This document shows positions 59,690-64,000 of a stretch of DNA of 64,000 nucleotides, in pieces. The position numbers and the translations under genes were made by a program. The stretch lies in NCBI GenBank assembly GCA_964016885.1, contig OZ024743.1, positions 138,446,001 through 138,510,000 of the forward strand, in the 5' to 3' direction. The DNA is from Eledone cirrhosa. Lineage: Eukaryota. The notes under the pieces are model-generated. The model was not told the DNA's origin. It did no database searches and saw nothing but the letters and a program-made list of their open reading frames with translations. How positions within the stretch are numbered: the stretch's first letter is position 1; each line of letters opens with the position of its first letter.

Positions 59690-62600
59690 GGTGCTTGGTG
59701 CTGGGTGGTTGGTGTTTAGTGCTTGGTGTTTGGTGCTGGGTGCTTGGTGTTTGGTGCTTGGTGTTTGGTGTTTGGTGCTTGGTGCTTGGTGTTTGGTGCT
59801 TGGTGTTTAGTGTTTGGTGCTTGGTGCTTAGTGTTTGGTGCTAGGTGCTTGGTGTTTGGTGCTTGGTGCTTGGTGTTTGGTGCCTGGTGCTTGGTGTTTG
59901 GTGTTTGGTGTTTGGTGCTTGGTGCTTGGTGTTTGGTGTTTGCTGTTTGCTGTTTGGTGTTTGGTGTTTGGTGTTTGTTGTTTGGTGTTTGCTGTTTGGT
60001 GTTTGGTGTTTGCTTTTTGGTGTTTGGTGTTTGCTGTATGTTGTTTGCTATTTGGTGTTTGGTGTTTGGTGTTTGGTGCTTGTTGCTTGGTGTTTGGTGC
60101 TTGGTGCTTGGTGTTTGGTTCCTGGTGCTTGGTGCTTGGTGCTTGGTGTTTGGTGTTTGGTGCTTGGTGCTTGGAGTTTTGTGTTTGGTGCTTGGTGCTT
60201 GGTGTTTTGTGTTTCGTGTTTGGTTTTTGGTGCTTGGTGCTTGGTGCTTGGTCGTTGGTGTTTGGTGCTGGGTGCTTTGTCTTTGGTGCTTGGTGCTTGG
60301 TGCTTGGTGTTTGGTGTTTGCTGCTTGGTGTTTGATGCTTGGTGCTTGGTGCTTGGTGTTTTGTGTTTGGTGCTTGGTGTTTGGTGCTTGGTGCTTGGTG
60401 TTTGTACTTGGTGCTTGGTGCTTGGTGTTTGGTTCTTGGTTCTTGGTGTTTGGTGTTTGGCGATTGGTGTTTGGTGCTTGGTGCTTGGTGTTTGGTGCCT
60501 GGTGCTTGGTGCTTGGTGCTTGGTGTTTGGTGTTTGGTGATTGGTGCTTGGAGTTTGGTGTTTGGTGCTTGGTGCTTGGTGTTTTGTGTTTGGTGCTTGG
60601 TGTTTGATGCTTGGTGCTTGGTGCTTGGTGTTTTGTGTTTGGTGCTTGGTTCTTGGTGTTTGGTGCTTGGTGCTTGGTGCTTGGTGTTTGTACTTGGTGC
60701 TTGGTGCTTGGTATTTGGTTCTTGGTTCTTGGTGTTTGGTACTTGGTGCTTGGTGCTTGGTGCTTGATGTTTGGTGTTTGGTGGTTGGTGTTTGGTGCTT
60801 GGTGCTTGGTGCTTGGTGTTAGGTGTTTGGTGCTTGGTCCTTGGTGTTTGGTGCTTGGTGTTTGGTGTTTGCTGTCTGCTTTTTGGTGTTTAGTGTTTGC
60901 TGTATGGTGTTTGGTGTTTGCTGTTTGGTGTTTGTTCTTTGGTGCTTGGTGTTTGGTGCTTGGTGCTTGGTGTTTGGTGTTTGGTGCTTGGTGCTTGGTG
61001 TTTGGTGTTATATGCTTGGTGTCTGATGCTTGGTGCTTGGTGCTTGGTGTTTGGTGTTTGGTGTTTGTACTTGGTGCTTGGTGCTTGGTGCTGGGTGTTT
61101 GGTGCTTGGTGTTTGGTGCTTGGTGCTTGGTGCTTGGTGCTTGGTGCTTGGTGTTTGGTGGTTGGTGTTTGGTGCTTGGTGTTAGGTGTTTGGTGATTGG
61201 TGCTTGGTGTTTGGTGCTTGGTGTTTGGTGCTTGGTACTTGGTGCTTGGTGCTTGTTGTTAGGTGTTTGGTGCTTGGTGTTTGGTGCTTGGTGTTTGGTG
61301 CTTGGTGCTTGGTGCTTGGTGCTTGGTGTTTGGTGGTTGGTGTTTGGTGCTTGGTGTTAGGTGTTTGGTGCTTGGTGCTTGGTGTTTGGTGTTTGGTGCT
61401 TGTTGTTTGGTGTTTGGTGCTTGGTGTTTGGTGCTTTTTGCTTGGTGCTTGGTGCTTGGTGTTTGGTGATTGGTGCTTGGTGTTTGGTGTTTGGTGCTGG
61501 GTGCTTGGTGTTTGGTTGTTGGTGTTATATGCTTGGTGTTTGATGCTTGGTGCTTGGTGCTTGGTGTTTGGTGTTTGGTGCTTGGTGTTTGATGCTTGGT
61601 GCTTGGTGCTTGGTGTTTGGTGCTTGGTGCTTGGTGTTTGGTGCTTGGTGCTTGGTGTTTGGTGCTTGGTGTTTGGTGCTTGGTGTTTGGTGCTTGGTCC
61701 TTGGTGCTTGATGCTTGGTGTTTGGTGGTTGGTGCTTGGTGCTTGGTGTTAGGTGTTTGGTGCTTGGTGCTTGGTGTTTGGTGTTTGGTGCTTGGTGTTT
61801 GGTGTTTGGTGCTTGGTGTTTGGTGCTTGGTACTTGGTGCTTGGTGCTTGGTGTTAGGTGTTTGGTGCTTGGTGTTTGGTGTCTGGTTTTTGGTGCTTGG
61901 TGCTTGGTGTTTGGTGCTTGCTGCTGGCTGCTTGGTGTTTGGTGCTTGGTGATTGGTGCCTGGTGTTTGGTGCTTGGTGTTTGGTGTTTGGTGCTAGGTG
62001 CTTGGTGTTTGGTGCTTGGTGCTTGGTGTTTGTACTTGGTGCTTGGTGATTGGTTCTTGGTGTTTGGTGCTTGGTGCTTGGTGTTTGGTGCTTGGTGCTT
62101 GGTGTTTGGTGCTTGGTGTTTGGTGCTTGGTGTTTGGTGCTTGGTGCTTGGTGCTTGGTGTTAGGTGCTTGGTGTTTGGTGCTTGGTGTTAGGTGTTTGG
62201 TGCTTGGTGCTTGGTGTTCGGTGCTTGGTGTTTGATGCTTGGTGCTTTGTGCTTGGTGTTTGGTGCTTGGTGCTTGGTGTTTGTACTTGGTGCTTGGTGC
62301 TTGGTTCTTGGTGTTTGGTGCTTGGTGCTTGGTGTTTGGTGTTTGGTGCTTGGTGTTTGGTGCTTGGTGTTTGGTGCTTGGTGCTTGGTGTTTAGTGCTT
62401 GGTGCTGGGTGGTTGGTGTTTAGTGCTTGGTGTTTGGTGCTGGGTGCTTGGTGTTTGGTGCTTGGTGTTTGGTGTTTGGTGCTTGGTGCTTGGTGTTTGG
62501 TGCTTGGTGTTTAGTGTTTGGTGCTTGGTGCTTAGTGTTTGGTGCTAGGTGCTTGGTGTTTGGTGCTTGGTGCTTGGTGTTTGGTGCCTGGTGCTTGGTG

Positions 62601-64000
62601 TTTGGTGTTTGGTGTTTGGTGCTTGGTGCTTGGTGTTTGGTGTTTGCTGTTTGCTGTTTGGTGTTTGGTGTTTGGTGTTTGTTGTTTGGTGTTTGCTGTT
62701 TGGTGTTTGGTGCTTGGTGCTTAGTGTTTGGTGCTAGGTGCTTGGTGTTTGGTGCTTGGTGCTTGGTGTTTGGTGCCTGGTGCTTGGTGTTTGGTGTTTG
62801 GTGTTTGGTGCTTGGTGCTTGGTGTTTGGTGTTTGCTGTTTGCTGTTTGGTGTTTGGTGTTTGGTGTTTGTTGTTTGGTGTTTGCTGTTTGGTGTTTGGT
62901 GTTTGCTTTTTGGTGTTTGGTGTTTGCTGTATGTTGTTTGCTATTTGGTGTTTGGTGTTTGGTGTTTGGTGCTTGTTGCTTGGTGTTTGGTGCTTGGTGC
63001 TTGGTGTTTGGTTCCTGGTGCTTGGTGCTTGGTGCTTGGTGTTTTGTGTTTCGTGTTTGGTTTTTGGTGCTTGGTGCTTGGTGCTTGGTCGTTGGTGTTT
63101 GGTGCTGGGTGCTTTGTCTTTGGTGCTTGGTGCTTGGTGCTTGGTGTTTGGTGTTTGCTGCTTGGTGTTTGATGCTTGGTGCTTGGTGCTTGGTGTTTTG
63201 TGTTTGGTGCTTGGTGTTTGGTGCTTGGTGCTTGGTGCTTGGTGTTTGGTGCTTGGTGCTGGGTGGTTGGTGTTTAGTGCTTGGTGTTTGGTGCTGGGTG
63301 CTTGGTGTTTGGTGCTTGGTGTTTGGTGTTTGGTGCTTGGTGCTTGGTGTTTGGTGCTTGGTGTTTAGTGTTTGGTGCTTGGTGCTTAGTGTTTGGTGCT
63401 AGGTGCTTGGTGTTTGGTGCTTGGTGCTTGGTGTTTGGTGCCTGGTGCTTGGTGTTTGGTGTTTGGTGTTTGGTGCTTGGTGCTTGGTGTTTGGTGTTTG
63501 CTGTTTGCTGTTTGGTGTTTGGTGTTTGGTGTTTGTTGTTTGGTGTTTGCTGTTTGGTGTTTGGTGTTTGCTTTTTGGTGTTTGGTGTTTGCTGTATGTT
63601 GTTTGCTATTTGGTGTTTGGTGTTTGGTGTTTGGTGCTTGTTGCTTGGTGTTTGGTGCTTGGTGCTTGGTGTTTGGTTCCTGGTGCTTGGTGCTTGGTGC
63701 TTGGTGTTTGGTGTTTGGTGCTTGGTGCTTGGAGTTTTGTGTTTGGTGCTTGGTGCTTGGTGTTTTGTGTTTCGTGTTTGGTTTTTGGTGCTTGGTGCTT
63801 GGTGCTTGGTCGTTGGTGTTTGGTGCTGGGTGCTTTGTCTTTGGTGCTTGGTGCCTGGTGCTTGGTGTTTGGTGTTTGCTGCTTGGTGTTTGATGCTTGG
63901 TGCTTGGTGCTTGGTGTTTTGTGTTTGGTGCTTGGTGTTTGGTGCTTGGTGCTTGGTGCTTGGTGTTTGGTGTTTGGTGTTTGTACTTGGTGCTTGGTGC
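59690..64000 (+). repeat. Block ~59690-60400 recurring at ~62400 and ~63255 (offsets 2704 and 3558; local period 854 with a nested 189-bp duplication)
   Basis: GGTCGTTGG at 60250, 63087 and 63808; ORF pairs 59723/62427, 59835/63393 and 62539/62728. Confidence 0.87.

Larger units (their letters stand above)
1..64000 (+). repeat. Heptamer satellite array (TTGGTGY)n, ~9,100 units, single orientation, extends past both window edges
   Basis: Every line of sequence parses as TTGGTGC/TTGGTGT units with scattered variants (TTGCTGT, TTGATGC, TTAGTGY, TAGGTGY, TTGGTGA, TTGGTAC, CTGGTGC, TTGTTGT). No reverse-complement (CACCAA) tract or unique insert was seen. All ORF translations are 7-aa periodic. 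Confidence 0.99.

Noticed and set aside
1-64000. CRISPR array or other repeat-spacer system
   Set aside because: There are no unique spacers; the sequence between landmarks is the same heptamer. No cas-like ORF or leader is present.
1-64000. C/T pattern as an information-bearing code or diversity-generating cassette
   Set aside because: The pattern is accounted for by nested duplication of existing blocks. No reading machinery, recombinase sites or template/variable pair is visible.
1-64000. Pure sequencing or assembly artefact, or simulated low-complexity sequence
   Set aside because: Hierarchically shared rare variants with graded divergence between copies look like real array evolution. 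Individual near-identical duplications still need read support.
1-64000. Fungal RIP signature (TG>TA variants such as TTAGTG, GGTAC)
   Set aside because: The great majority of TpG/CpA targets are intact, and non-RIP variants (TTGCTG, TTGATG, TTGTTG) are at least as conspicuous.
1-64000. Canonical telomere repeat (TTAGGG, TTTAGGG, TTAGG) or three-tier G-quadruplex array
   Set aside because: TTAGG appears only as a sporadic variant (GTTAGGTG), and GGG runs are isolated, never four in close succession.
1-64000. tRNA, rRNA, structured ncRNA, terminators, inverted repeats or transposon ends
   Set aside because: No complementary-strand tract exists to form Watson-Crick stems. The short T-runs (e.g. 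~42210) have no preceding hairpin, and there is no non-satellite sequence.

Overview
The whole 64 kb window is one uninterrupted, single-polarity tandem array of a 7-bp unit, consensus TTGGTGY (TTGGTGC and TTGGTGT intermixed; reverse complement RCACCAA), about 9,100 units by length/7. It runs off both window edges. I found no unique sequence, credible protein-coding gene, RNA gene, mobile element or CRISPR array. All ORFs in the track are artefacts of an A-poor + strand and a T-poor - strand read through a 7-mer (heptapeptides L/F-G-A/V-W-C-L-V and K-H-Q-A/T-P-S/N-T in every frame). The real information is the pattern of rare variant units, which act as landmarks. They show a partial 21-bp (3-unit) sub-period, about 50 T-rich 'islands' in a few subtypes, an apparent ancestral ~4.5-4.7 kb module cycle, many nested head-to-tail duplications of 0.19-4.3 kb that keep the 7-bp register, and a left-to-right replacement of one variant family by another. 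This is most consistent with a recombination-maintained satellite (probably eukaryotic heterochromatic, centromeric or subtelomeric DNA; this is inference and the organism cannot be identified from the sequence). I do not see a new gene-encoded system. Duplication offsets come from matching landmark motifs and identical ORF translations; block boundaries were judged by eye and are approximate.
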